DNA from: Promethearchaeota archaeon
GTDB lineage: Archaea; Asgardarchaeota; Lokiarchaeia; Sigyniarchaeales; SOKP01
Direction of reading: 5' to 3'
Assembly: GCA_019058245.1 (NCBI GenBank)
Contig: JAHPZJ010000006.1
Location: 1-64,000, forward strand
DNA: 64,000 nt
In this document: positions 9,886-20,095 of the stretch, in pieces
Layout of the letters: each line of letters begins with the position of its first letter
How positions within the stretch are numbered: the first letter of the stretch is position 1
Made by a program: the position numbers and the translations under genes
Notes under the pieces: generated by a model
Seen by the model: only the letters and a program-made list of their open reading frames with translations
Databases searched by the model: none
What the model was told of the DNA's origin: nothing

Positions 9886-11448
9886 TATCTTCCATTCCAT
9901 TGTTAATCAAAAGATTCAAGACAATACTATAGAATTTACTCAACTCGAGGATTCCCAAAGAGGAGAAATTCCTGTTGAAGTAATAGAAAATACCCATGCA
10001 ATGAAGCAATACTACAAAGAATTAGAGAGTTTTCAACGTTTACTTTCTCTGTCCGCTCAAGGTCTTGCATATCTGGATCCTTCAGGAGAGCCTAATTTGC
10101 AAAGAGCACAAGAAAAGAGGTACAAAGTAATGAGCCTTCTAGGAAAGTATTCCAAAAAATTACGAATTTTATTGGTCAGACGACTCTTGATTCTGATTGG
10201 GATTCTAGGATTTATGAATTCTACTATCCTGAGCATCGAGGGATTACTTTTGAAGAATATGATCAAGTTTTCCTCAAGAAAATTTGGAAAATTGGCATGT
10301 ACAAGAAGAATTATGTTTTTGGCATGATATATAAATGGACGAATACTAAATCTGGGGAATTTGGATATGAGGTTGATATGAGTAAAGTTGGTCGGACTGA
10401 GCAAAAATTGGGGACTAATAGATACCCTCCCGTATCAGGTATTTCACGGAGATTTGAATCGTATCTACGCAAGGCCATCAGACCTCAAAGTATTTATGAC
10501 ATAAATGAAGGGACAATAGAATATGATATGAGGTCGGTTTATGACGATGCAGGAGGGTCATTAGCTGGTGAGAAAGCCATTATTAATACTTTTAAGCTCG
10601 AAATAGTAGAGATTATGTTTATCTCAGAATCTTATAGTCAAGATAAGAGGGTTATTGAACAACTTGAAGACTTTTATATTAATAGGTTTGGTACGCATGT
10701 TCCAACGGGTTATAATATAGCGTCTGGTGCCTCGGGGGCGCATGTTGCGGAAGAAAAAGGAGGACATGGCACGAAAGAGTTTGTGAGAGTCCTTGATCAT
10801 TTAATATCTCACGGATTTGAATTTATTAAACTTGCTGATTATTTTGGTATGAGTGAAACTAGTCTTAGAGAATGGATTAAGGCTACTCATAGTGGTGAAG
10901 GATTTTCTGAGCTTCAAACTAAGTTTATTGAGGAAAAAATTAGGGAATTGGTATATGAAAGATTGATTCTACCAAAAGACCTAGAACCATATTTTAAAGA
11001 CCTTGATTGCGACGAAGTATTTCTTTATATGAAGAAGGTAGATAATGGTGAATTATTAAGGGGTATTATTGCGACATTAATTAGCATGGGTATTGCTCAT
11101 ATTGATTCTGGATATAGACATAAATATGTAAGTTATGAACCTTTAGCGGAATATATGGGACTAAGTAAGGCTTCAGCTTTAAGTTATTTTATCCAAAAAG
11201 AAATAGATGAGACTCTTTTTGATTTAGATTTGGACTTATATCTAAGACCTCTTGCATGGTATATGATTGAGAGTAGCACTGACGCCCTTGATTTATTGGA
11301 GAGTATTGGTTGGGGCTTGAGTGCGACTACGAAATCGTCGAGGCGGTGGCAGTTTGAAGACAATCAGAGAATTCAGAAGTTATTTGGCATGACATATGAA
11401 CGAGCCAAAATTCTATCTACGATTAGTTTCATTGGTGATTTTATTTAA
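9857..11448 (+). pseudogene. Frameshifted/truncated GIY-YIG nuclease-domain protein with C-terminal HTH-like repeats (ORFs 10001-10327 and 10297-11448)
   Basis: 'GMIYKWTN...KVGRT...RRF..Y...FKLEIVE...EQLEDFYINRFGT..P.GYNI' is a GIY-YIG signature; 'LADYFGMSETSLREWI' is an HTH. The 10297 frame is open back to about 10096 without a start; the upstream frame is open from about 9857. Confidence 0.65.
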
Positions 11449-11533
11449 GGAATTAATAAGACTCTAAAGACTTTTATTTGAAAATTTTTTTTTTATATTA
11501 GAAGTTAAATAATAATTCTTTTTTTAAGATACA

Positions 11534-12418
11534 ATGGCAAGAAGTAGCGCTCGAATATTGGATGATGATGAGGAGTTAGACCTTTTAGATTTCATGTTAG
11601 AAGCGTGTGGTATTGATTCTACAGATTTTTCTTATGATGAGAGAGTTCTAACAAAAGAAAATATTGAAAAAAATTTTGATGTTCTTCTAAAGATGGTGGA
11701 AAACCGTTCTTTTCAAAGAGCTTCTTATTTCGTCATTGGTTATTTGATTCTAATCACCGGTATTAGAATATCAGATACTTTACGAAAGAATATATTACAT
11801 AACACACTCTTCTCGGCTGAGGAAGGTTGTTGGTTTGATAAGAAGCATAAAAACGAGCGGAAAATTTACCTCAAGGACTTTCAAGACAAGATTCAAACTC
11901 ATGGGGTCAAGCAAAGATTGCATCCTATAAGGTTAATATATTTTGGTGGGCAGCAAAATCTCTATACAGATAAAAGATCAGAAGTTATTATCGGTCTAAA
12001 GGAATTAAATGAGCGAAGCAGTTCAAAAGATACTTATGGCATTCGTCATATACTTCTACAAGGTGAAGGGTTGAGTGACTTCCCAGATTCACTTTTTAGC
12101 TTTATGAATTTGGAATCTTTGAGTTTAGAATATAATCTGATTAGATATATTCCCGAAGAAATCTCCAAGCTAACATCACTAAAGACACTATATTTAGATT
12201 ATAATGAATTTACAGCCTTTCCTGAATCTTTAATTAATCTCCCTTCTCTGGAGTTCCTAGCTTTAGATAACAATTTTATAAATAAATTACCAGAATCTAT
12301 TAAAGATTTCAAATTATTAAGAGAATTATTCATTAGAATGAATAAAATAAATGAAATTCCTTCCATCCTAAACAATGTTAATTTTAAAATTGAGAACAAA
12401 TTTTATAAGTATCCATAA
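11534..12418 (+). CDS. Leucine-rich-repeat protein with N-terminal helical domain
   Basis: C-terminal LxxLxLxxNxL/IxxLP repeats (about 5); acidic N-terminal domain of unknown function. Confidence 0.88.
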   Translation: MARSSARILDDDEELDLLDFMLEACGIDSTDFSYDERVLTKENIEKNFDVLLKMVENRSFQRASYFVIGYLILITGIRISDTLRKNILHNTLFSAEEGCWFDKKHKNERKIYLKDFQDKIQTHGVKQRLHPIRLIYFGGQQNLYTDKRSEVIIGLKELNERSSSKDTYGIRHILLQGEGLSDFPDSLFSFMNLESLSLEYNLIRYIPEEISKLTSLKTLYLDYNEFTAFPESLINLPSLEFLALDNNFINKLPESIKDFKLLRELFIRMNKINEIPSILNNVNFKIENKFYKYP

Positions 12419-12480
12419 GACTCCCCTAAAAATCTATCTATTCTTAAAAATAAGGAAAAGAATATGTAATATTGTTTAAT

Positions 12481-14424
12481 TTAACAATCATAATATTTTT
12501 TCAATAAATTATTTATGAGATATTCATCCAAATCAAATAACTGAAATAATAGCTTATCTATTGATGACTGAATACCATTAATATCATTCTCTCTTATTGC
12601 TGAAATAACCATTTCTTTTAATTCTTTATATTTAATAGAAGAATAATAATCCGATTTGACTATTTTCCTAATATTGTTTTCTATATTTTTATCAAATTTT
12701 TTAACTAGGGAGGAAGTAAGTGTCTTTATTAGTTCTATAATAGGCCCCTTTTTTTCATTTTTGAAATTATTTAGATTGGGTATTGGTAACCCATATTCAA
12801 GCTTAGTCTTACTTCTTTTTATAGAAATATTTTTTGCTTTAAATAAGAAACGTACAACTTTAGAATTTAAATAAGCAAGAGTGAATAGAATATCAATACC
12901 TTTGTGTAGGAATTTTGGCCACAAGAAATATGTATCAGATGTAGCATAATATGGACTAGTCGAATATCCAAAAATATTATCTTTTGAGATAAATTTAAAG
13001 AAGATTTTTTTGCCTTTATCATAATAAGGTTCAAGATCGATCAAATTATCTTTTTTTCTGGCTCCAAATTGACGAATAAAAGAACCTCTTCTTGGAAAAA
13101 ATATATAATTAGGATTTTCTTTAGCGTTTATTAAGATATTTCTTAATTCTTTTTCATATTGTAATATAAATTTTGATAAATTGGGATATTTTGATTTTAG
13201 TAAAAGATTTATTTTATCAGTATTTTGTGTCTTAAATTCAGCTTTATTAAAATAAATAACATAACCTACATAATCTTCATGATTGTACCCAAATGGCTCA
13301 ATAGATTTACTTTTATATATTTTTTTAAGTCGATTTTTTTCAAATTCATTAAGTTTTAATAATTCACCATTAATATGGATAAAAAAATCGTTATTTTGAA
13401 CAGATAACTCTTTTCCTTCAATTAAAATAAATATTGAATCTTTAATAAGAATCAGACCATTACGTATTATGAAATAATCGTTTAAAGTCGCAATTTCTCC
13501 ATTAATTCTACAAAAGTTTTCAATTTTATCTACAATAATTCGTACTTCATTTGGAAAAATTAAGTTCCAACTTTCATCTTTCTTTAAATCTTTATTTGTT
13601 AATGCTGATATATACCTTTCTGCATACCCTATTTTATTTTCTTTCGTAATTTCTTTGAAAACTTTTTCATTCAACGATTTTTCTTTATGGTTTATTCTAT
13701 TATTTCCAAATATTTGAATTATTTCGATCTTTTTGTTTACTTTTTGAAATTTTTCTTGTTCAGTCTTCTTTTGTAAAACAAAAATGCAATTATGTTGTCC
13801 TTTTGCTTCGTCAAATACTTTCAAGTGTGATAGATCTAAATATTGAAGTAAATAACACTCTTCTATGACATGTGGTTTAAGTAATTTTATACCTGTTTTT
13901 TGAGATTTTGTAATCCAATAGTTTGTGGTAATAAATGTCAAAATACCTCCCGGATTTAACTTTTCTATTCCTAAATGAATAAAGTAATAAAATAAATCCA
14001 TATTTCCTACAAAATATTCATCACATACAGAAAATTTTTTAGTATATTCTTGGAATATTGATGCATTATAATTTTGTCCTAAATAAGGTGGATTTCCTAT
14101 TATAATATCGAATTTTTCAGTTCTATCTGAGCCTAAAAAATTTTCAAATTTGAAATTTATATCAGGATAAGATTCCAAAAGACTCTCTTTTAAATTAACA
14201 TCCATTTCATATGCAGTTATATTGCAGAAGTTATTATCTATTAGGTATTTCAAGAAAATTCCTTCTCCTGCTGCTGGCTCTAACACTTTTAAAGTGCGAG
14301 GTTTTTTTCCAAAAACCTTGATAAAATCTAAAATATTGTTTACCATAAATTTAGCAATATAATTAGGAGTGAAGATTTGTCCAATCCTATTATTTTTTTT
14401 ATAATTAATGTTTTTTACTACCAT
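12481..14424 (-). CDS. N6-adenine DNA methyltransferase (gamma class, TaqI/Eco57I-like)
   Basis: 'GQIFTP', motif I 'LEPAAGEGIF', motif IV 'IIGNPPY', 'DLFYYFI', TaqI-C-like 'AYLNSKV'; no PD-(D/E)xK domain evident. Confidence 0.9.
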   Translation of the reverse strand: MVVKNINYKKNNRIGQIFTPNYIAKFMVNNILDFIKVFGKKPRTLKVLEPAAGEGIFLKYLIDNNFCNITAYEMDVNLKESLLESYPDINFKFENFLGSDRTEKFDIIIGNPPYLGQNYNASIFQEYTKKFSVCDEYFVGNMDLFYYFIHLGIEKLNPGGILTFITTNYWITKSQKTGIKLLKPHVIEECYLLQYLDLSHLKVFDEAKGQHNCIFVLQKKTEQEKFQKVNKKIEIIQIFGNNRINHKEKSLNEKVFKEITKENKIGYAERYISALTNKDLKKDESWNLIFPNEVRIIVDKIENFCRINGEIATLNDYFIIRNGLILIKDSIFILIEGKELSVQNNDFFIHINGELLKLNEFEKNRLKKIYKSKSIEPFGYNHEDYVGYVIYFNKAEFKTQNTDKINLLLKSKYPNLSKFILQYEKELRNILINAKENPNYIFFPRRGSFIRQFGARKKDNLIDLEPYYDKGKKIFFKFISKDNIFGYSTSPYYATSDTYFLWPKFLHKGIDILFTLAYLNSKVVRFLFKAKNISIKRSKTKLEYGLPIPNLNNFKNEKKGPIIELIKTLTSSLVKKFDKNIENNIRKIVKSDYYSSIKYKELKEMVISAIRENDINGIQSSIDKLLFQLFDLDEYLINNLLKKYYDC

Positions 14425-14528
14425 CTGATCATAATATTAGTTTAAAAATCTAAATACTTGATGGTAGTTTATATTAAGGATAGTAGAAAGAAGAAAAATT
14501 TAGGAATTAGTTTTATTGGGAGATATGA

Positions 14529-16049
14529 TTAATGATGATGTTCATGTTGTTTCATTTTAATGTTAATTGGTTTCAAATTTCCGATTGCCCAACCTGTAAC
14601 TTCATTAAGAGAAGGGTGTATAACCATTGAATGATAGATAGGCATGAATGAACCCGCTTCTGGACATGTTCTTTGAATTTTAAGAAGGTCTCCATCATCC
14701 TTAGATTCAGGTAAACTACAAGTAAATCCTGCGTTCATCAAATATACAAATGGTTGGACTAATAGGGCTGCATGAGGACCAATAACATGTGCACCTAATA
14801 TTCTATAAGATTTATCAACAATTAATTTTACAAACCCATCATCTTCTTGACCAGGTTCATAACCCATTGCGAACCCTTTTGCTACTGTAGAATAATTTTT
14901 CATAGCTATGAAAATTTCATGCCCTTTTTCAATGGCTTCTTCTTGAGTCATTCCAACATGACCTATTTGTGGGTATGTAAATATTGCCCATGGAACTGCA
15001 GAATATTCTACTGATCTTTTTTGATTTTCAGGTCCAAAAATATTATTTGTACAAATTTCTGCTTCATAATTTGCTTTATGGCGAAATTGATAAAGTCCAT
15101 TAGCATCACCAATACACCATATATTCTTTTTGCTAGTTTCGAGATAAGAATTAGTTTTTATCCAACCTTTTTCATCAGTTTCAACACCAGTATTTTCAAC
15201 TTTTAAAAGATCTGCATTTGATTTTCGACCTGCTGCAATAAGAATTTCTTCTGCTTTTATTTCCTTTTCTTCACTTGTTTGTGTATTTTTTAATAAAACG
15301 ATTTTTTGTCCTTTCTTCTCATATACTTGTACTGCCTTTTCATTTAATAAAATATTCATATGCTTTCTAAAGTTTTTTTCTAAATGTCTACTGATTTCTG
15401 GTTCTTCCGTTACAACCAAACGCGGAAGCATTTCTACAATTGTTACACCAGTACCCATTGCCGAGAAGATATGAGCAAATTCTGCAGCTATAACACCACC
15501 ACCAATAATTATAAGACTCTTCCATGGTTTTTTAGGAAATTTTTTTCCAAAGAAGTTTTCATTTGTGATATATTCAATATTTTCAATTCCTTGAATTGGT
15601 GGTATGAAAGACCTTGCTCCTGAAGCTATTATAAACTTTTTACCTTTAAAATGAGCGAATTCTCTGTCAGATTCAGTATCCTTAACTATCATTTCGTAAT
15701 CTCCAGTAAATTCTCCGATACCCTTATAGACTTTTAAATTTGGGATTGTTGATAGCCCTTGTTCCATCATATTACTCTCATCGATTTGAGACCACATTCT
15801 TTCAGCAATTAAATCCCAATTGATATTTTCTACATTGAATTTAATTCCAACTTTTTGAGCATGCTGAGATTCTCGAATTAAATCAGCTGGATGGACCAGT
15901 ACTTTTGAGGGAATGCATCCTCTTGTTAAACATGTACCTCCCATTTTAGTATTTTCTATAAGAGCACATTTCATTCCCATTTGAATACCAACGTTTAAAA
16001 CACTTAATCCCACTCCACTACCAATTACCACAATGTCATATTTTTCCAT
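14529..16049 (-). CDS. Class-I pyridine nucleotide-disulfide oxidoreductase (dihydrolipoamide dehydrogenase/mycothione reductase-like)
   Basis: GSG FAD motif, 'GGTCLTRGCIPSK' redox disulfide, GGGVIA NAD(P) motif, C-terminal HPSLNE. Confidence 0.92.
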   Translation of the reverse strand: MEKYDIVVIGSGVGLSVLNVGIQMGMKCALIENTKMGGTCLTRGCIPSKVLVHPADLIRESQHAQKVGIKFNVENINWDLIAERMWSQIDESNMMEQGLSTIPNLKVYKGIGEFTGDYEMIVKDTESDREFAHFKGKKFIIASGARSFIPPIQGIENIEYITNENFFGKKFPKKPWKSLIIIGGGVIAAEFAHIFSAMGTGVTIVEMLPRLVVTEEPEISRHLEKNFRKHMNILLNEKAVQVYEKKGQKIVLLKNTQTSEEKEIKAEEILIAAGRKSNADLLKVENTGVETDEKGWIKTNSYLETSKKNIWCIGDANGLYQFRHKANYEAEICTNNIFGPENQKRSVEYSAVPWAIFTYPQIGHVGMTQEEAIEKGHEIFIAMKNYSTVAKGFAMGYEPGQEDDGFVKLIVDKSYRILGAHVIGPHAALLVQPFVYLMNAGFTCSLPESKDDGDLLKIQRTCPEAGSFMPIYHSMVIHPSLNEVTGWAIGNLKPINIKMKQHEHHH

Positions 16050-16135
16050 ATTTTCATTTTTATCTATATCATTTTTAAAGTTTATAGTAATAAAATAAAG
16101 AATATTTCCGCAGCAATTTATAAGGCTATAGATAA

Positions 16136-18010
16136 TTAGTGGTTAGATGGAATTAAAACTATAAAATTACTTCCTTGTTCATGATCACCTTTAATTCGAT
16201 CCTCAACCCAGATATCACCTTTATAAGTATCCATTATTTTTCTTACTAGTGATAATCCAAGCCCCATTCCCTTAGTTTTATAACGTTTTCGTAACCCTCT
16301 CTCGAATATTGAATTCTTCCGAAAGTCGGATATACCTTCTCCATTATCTTTAAATTGTATTTTGAGATAATTTTTATCTTCCTTGTTTTCTATACTAATA
16401 TCAATATTAATCTCAATATTGGGTTTATTATTGTATCTAACCGCATTAATTAAAATATTTTCAAACACGTCTAATAAAAAATTATTAGCAATTACGTGAG
16501 TTTTTTTAATAGGAGTATTCATTTGAATATCAATATTTCTGGTTTGAAAACTGGTTTTTATAAATTCAATTGCTTTAATTAATAAACCTATAGCATCAAC
16601 TTTTTCTAAAATTATCTCCGATTCATCAATTTCAGTTAGTTTTCTCATATTGGTTATTAACTTTTTCGCTCTATTTACTTGTTCATCTATTATTTCATAT
16701 AATTCTTTGATTTTGTTTAGTTTTTCAGGATTATTCAGATAAAGAGAACTAAGCTCAACTGAGGAGCTAATGTTCTGTAATATATTATTAATATCATGAG
16801 CAAAAATGTCTTTATAAAGATTTGCTTGATAATATGCTTTTTTATATTTTTCTTCTGAATTTTTTACTTTTTTTTCAGCAGTTTTTTCCTCTGTAATATT
16901 TAGAGTACTTTCAACCACAGAAATGATGTTATTATCATCATCTTTAACAGGATACCCTGAAACCGACCACATTCTCCCATCTGGTGTAGTCATTTCAGAT
17001 GTTTCTGGTTTTTTACTGGCAATACACATTTTTATAGGGCATCCTTCACAAGGTTCGTCTAAAACATTCCAAATTTGGTAACATTTACGTCCAATCAAGT
17101 CTTTTGGTTTCATATTTACTGAATCAGCAGCAGCTTTATTTGCCCATAGGATAGTATTATCTGTTGTTTGATAAACTATATGTTCTAAAAGACTTTCTAA
17201 AATAACTGATTTTTCATATTCAGATTTTTGTAGAGCATCCTCCATCTGTTTTTTTTCGGTGATATCAAGAAATGTTGCAAAAATAGCAGGCTTATCTTCA
17301 TAAGGAATTGTTCTTGAATAAACTTCAATCCATACCAATTCTCCTGATGGTTTAAGATAACGAAATTGAAACTGATCCATTGAATCCTTCTTTCCTTTTT
17401 GTTTTTTAATAATTTGTTTTTTAACGAATTCTTTATCATCTGGATGTACATGAGTTAATTGGCCTTCCAAATTCATATTCATTAGTTCCTTATAATCAAA
17501 TCCCGTTATCTCTGCAAGCTTTTGATTAGCAAAAATCATTTTATTTTCTTGAAGAATATATATTCCCATTAATGATTGATCTGCTAATGTACTAAATTTT
17601 AATTTAGATTCTTTTAATTCTTGTTCTTTTTCAACAATTTTTGTTATTGGTTCAAAAATAGCAACCACTTTTTCTGAGGGTAATTTATAGATATACATTT
17701 CAGTCCAACCAGAAATTCTCTCGTCTTTATAAAGAGATATTGGAAAGTGCTCTGATTTACCTGTTTTCCATACCCTTCTTAAAGCATCTATTAAACCAAA
17801 TTCTTCCAAACCGGGAAATACATCAATAATATTTTTATCAATAATATTTTTCCTAGTGCGTTTAAATAGATCTAAAGCTGCTCTATTCATCTGTTTGTAT
17901 ATAAAATCTTTCCCATTATTTATTGATTCATAAATTGTAACCGCAGAATTTATGTTTTCAAAGAGCTCCTTAAATACTTCCTCAGTTTGATAAAGTTCTG
18001 ATTCATTCAA
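16136..18010 (-). CDS. Cytoplasmic PAS-domain sensor histidine kinase
   Basis: Three PAS-like domains; H-box FAHDINN, N-box ENILINAVRY, G boxes DNGEGI and GMGLGL. Confidence 0.93.
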   Translation of the reverse strand: MNESELYQTEEVFKELFENINSAVTIYESINNGKDFIYKQMNRAALDLFKRTRKNIIDKNIIDVFPGLEEFGLIDALRRVWKTGKSEHFPISLYKDERISGWTEMYIYKLPSEKVVAIFEPITKIVEKEQELKESKLKFSTLADQSLMGIYILQENKMIFANQKLAEITGFDYKELMNMNLEGQLTHVHPDDKEFVKKQIIKKQKGKKDSMDQFQFRYLKPSGELVWIEVYSRTIPYEDKPAIFATFLDITEKKQMEDALQKSEYEKSVILESLLEHIVYQTTDNTILWANKAAADSVNMKPKDLIGRKCYQIWNVLDEPCEGCPIKMCIASKKPETSEMTTPDGRMWSVSGYPVKDDDNNIISVVESTLNITEEKTAEKKVKNSEEKYKKAYYQANLYKDIFAHDINNILQNISSSVELSSLYLNNPEKLNKIKELYEIIDEQVNRAKKLITNMRKLTEIDESEIILEKVDAIGLLIKAIEFIKTSFQTRNIDIQMNTPIKKTHVIANNFLLDVFENILINAVRYNNKPNIEINIDISIENKEDKNYLKIQFKDNGEGISDFRKNSIFERGLRKRYKTKGMGLGLSLVRKIMDTYKGDIWVEDRIKGDHEQGSNFIVLIPSNH

Positions 18011-18233
18011 TAAGATTTACCCTGTAGATTTAATAAATTCCTATGGCCCTCCATAGATAGATCAATCGAATTTCTTTTTGGATAATTGATAATTTACTTT
18101 TATTAAAACAAATAAATAGTCTACTAATTATATTTAAATTTATGTGATAAGTATTGATTTTGAACATTTTCATATAGATTTTATAAAATTTGAGTATAAA
18201 ATTAAAAAAATTAAAAAAAATTAAGCTTAATAT

Positions 18234-19727
18234 CTACAATAATGAGGGTAAGATTTTTGCTAGAGGTACTGCAAGACCACCAAGTAATGAGCCTATGGAG
18301 CTTAATTTTTTAAGATAATCCTTTATATTTTTAGATACTTTTACAACTCGTGTTTTTCCCTCAATTATAGTTCCATCTTCAGAAAGAAGGAAAATTTGGA
18401 CTGTTTGTTCTCCAGTTTCTCGAGGTTCTAAAGTTAACCAGGTAGTATCTCCGTTTTCTAACATTGTGGAGAGTATACCAGCGATATCTTTCCCTTCAGA
18501 AGATATTAACGGAATGGGTTTATTTGGTATTTCAAACGTGCCTCTTCCCTCTACTTCAATATCAAGTTTCAGTTTATTAGGTTCAAATCCAGGTGCATTT
18601 ACTTTAATGATATATTTTTTAGCTTCTGGAGAATTATTATACAAGAAACAGAAAATATTCAATTCTGAATTTAGATATACAACTTCTTGAGCTGTTGAGT
18701 CCATATAAATCGGATCTTTTGATAATCGTTCAATATTATCAGCTAATTCTAATTGTAATCTATCAATTATATTGAAAAATCCAGGATTATATTTATATAT
18801 GTAGTTGAAAAGTTTTTCGATATCATTCATAGAAAAATACCATCGTTCTTCCATAAATATTCCTTTTTCGACGTTAAAATTATCTGAATCCACATTAATA
18901 ATTTCCTTTAATTCTTGAATGAGCTGATCTTCAGAAAGAACTTCTTGAAACTTTAAATAATAAAGAAATAACAATCTTTCAATAGCAAAAGTAATAGCTA
19001 ATTCATCTGGTTCGGTCTCTTTGATTTTTTGAATGAACTCAGGATTCAAAATTTTATTTATTTCTGCTAAATATTCGTCCCATTTAAGGAAGGTTACTGG
19101 ATCTAAATGATTTGAAAGTATCTCAGCGAAAAAATTATCTAAGAATATCTGATGCGTAGTTGGTTTATAATAATCTTGAAGACCATTAACATCATGGATA
19201 TTTAAGTTTAAACTTCGAATTAAAATCGCTAGTCCAAATCCTACTAATGCAAAACCAGCTGCTGCGAATCCTAAATTAAGATCAGCGAAAAATATCATTA
19301 CCATAAACAAGACTAAAGCAACAAAACAAATAAGAGATATCAATTTTAATAAATTTGTAACTCGTTTTACGTTATTTGCTAATAGATCAAAACCATCAAG
19401 ACTATCAATCGGTCTCCCTCGCATCCTTTCGAATTTTAAACGCATTTTGAGAGAAGATTCAGTTGAAGTGGCTCCTAACAATAACATTACTGAATTGAAA
19501 AAATATATCGCTAAAATAATATAGAAAATTATAGTCAATGTAAAATCAGTAATATCTAGCTTTGCTATTAATGTGAAAATTGTAATTACAACGAGAGCCA
19601 CAGGAAGTAAAAAAAGTAAAAATTTCCCGACCTTGGACATGTAGCTTATCATGCTTCCTTGGAACTTCTCTTTTTTGAGAATTTTAGCTAATTCTTCTTC
19701 TAAGTTTCTTACCATTTTATGGGTCAT
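18234..19727 (-). CDS. Hypothetical membrane protein (4 N-terminal TMs, soluble domain, Ig-like C-terminal domain)
   Basis: 497-aa ORF; hydropathy pattern only. Confidence 0.7.
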   Translation of the reverse strand: MTHKMVRNLEEELAKILKKEKFQGSMISYMSKVGKFLLFLLPVALVVITIFTLIAKLDITDFTLTIIFYIILAIYFFNSVMLLLGATSTESSLKMRLKFERMRGRPIDSLDGFDLLANNVKRVTNLLKLISLICFVALVLFMVMIFFADLNLGFAAAGFALVGFGLAILIRSLNLNIHDVNGLQDYYKPTTHQIFLDNFFAEILSNHLDPVTFLKWDEYLAEINKILNPEFIQKIKETEPDELAITFAIERLLFLYYLKFQEVLSEDQLIQELKEIINVDSDNFNVEKGIFMEERWYFSMNDIEKLFNYIYKYNPGFFNIIDRLQLELADNIERLSKDPIYMDSTAQEVVYLNSELNIFCFLYNNSPEAKKYIIKVNAPGFEPNKLKLDIEVEGRGTFEIPNKPIPLISSEGKDIAGILSTMLENGDTTWLTLEPRETGEQTVQIFLLSEDGTIIEGKTRVVKVSKNIKDYLKKLSSIGSLLGGLAVPLAKILPSLL

Positions 19728-20095
19728 CTTTTTATTTGTTATTATTTTTCAAAATTAAGTAATTAGAATAATAGAACTATTTATTTTTAATATTATTGTA
19801 TAGTATTTCTGAAAAGAAAACGCTTACAAATTATCATTATTGTTTAACTAGGACAAATTGTTTTTTCTAAATATTAGGTTTTTTTATCAAGAATCCAATG
19901 AAAAATCATTACTAAAGCATTTTTCAATTAATATTCATATTTTAAGGATAACATAAATTAATTTAGAAAAATCTTAATCAGATCTCTGAAAAAGATCAAA
20001 AACTGGTCTCCTTTTATTTTAATATATATATTTATGTCAATAAAGTAGTTATATAAATATTAAAATATAAAGAAAAAAATTGTGATTTTTAAAGA

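Noticed and set aside
10057-10404. Minus-strand ORFs 10057-10404 and 9815-10009
   Set aside because: Antisense to the nuclease frames, with no recognisable features
9600-12480. IS element or intron boundaries around the GIY-YIG insert
   Set aside because: I could not find a transposase, integrase, terminal inverted repeats, target duplication or interrupted host gene by eye
18041-18056. Hairpin CTATGG-CCCT-CCATAG in the histidine kinase leader, and ATCTCCAA..TTGGAGAT at 60762-60790
   Set aside because: Stems of 6-8 bp are expected by chance; no further support
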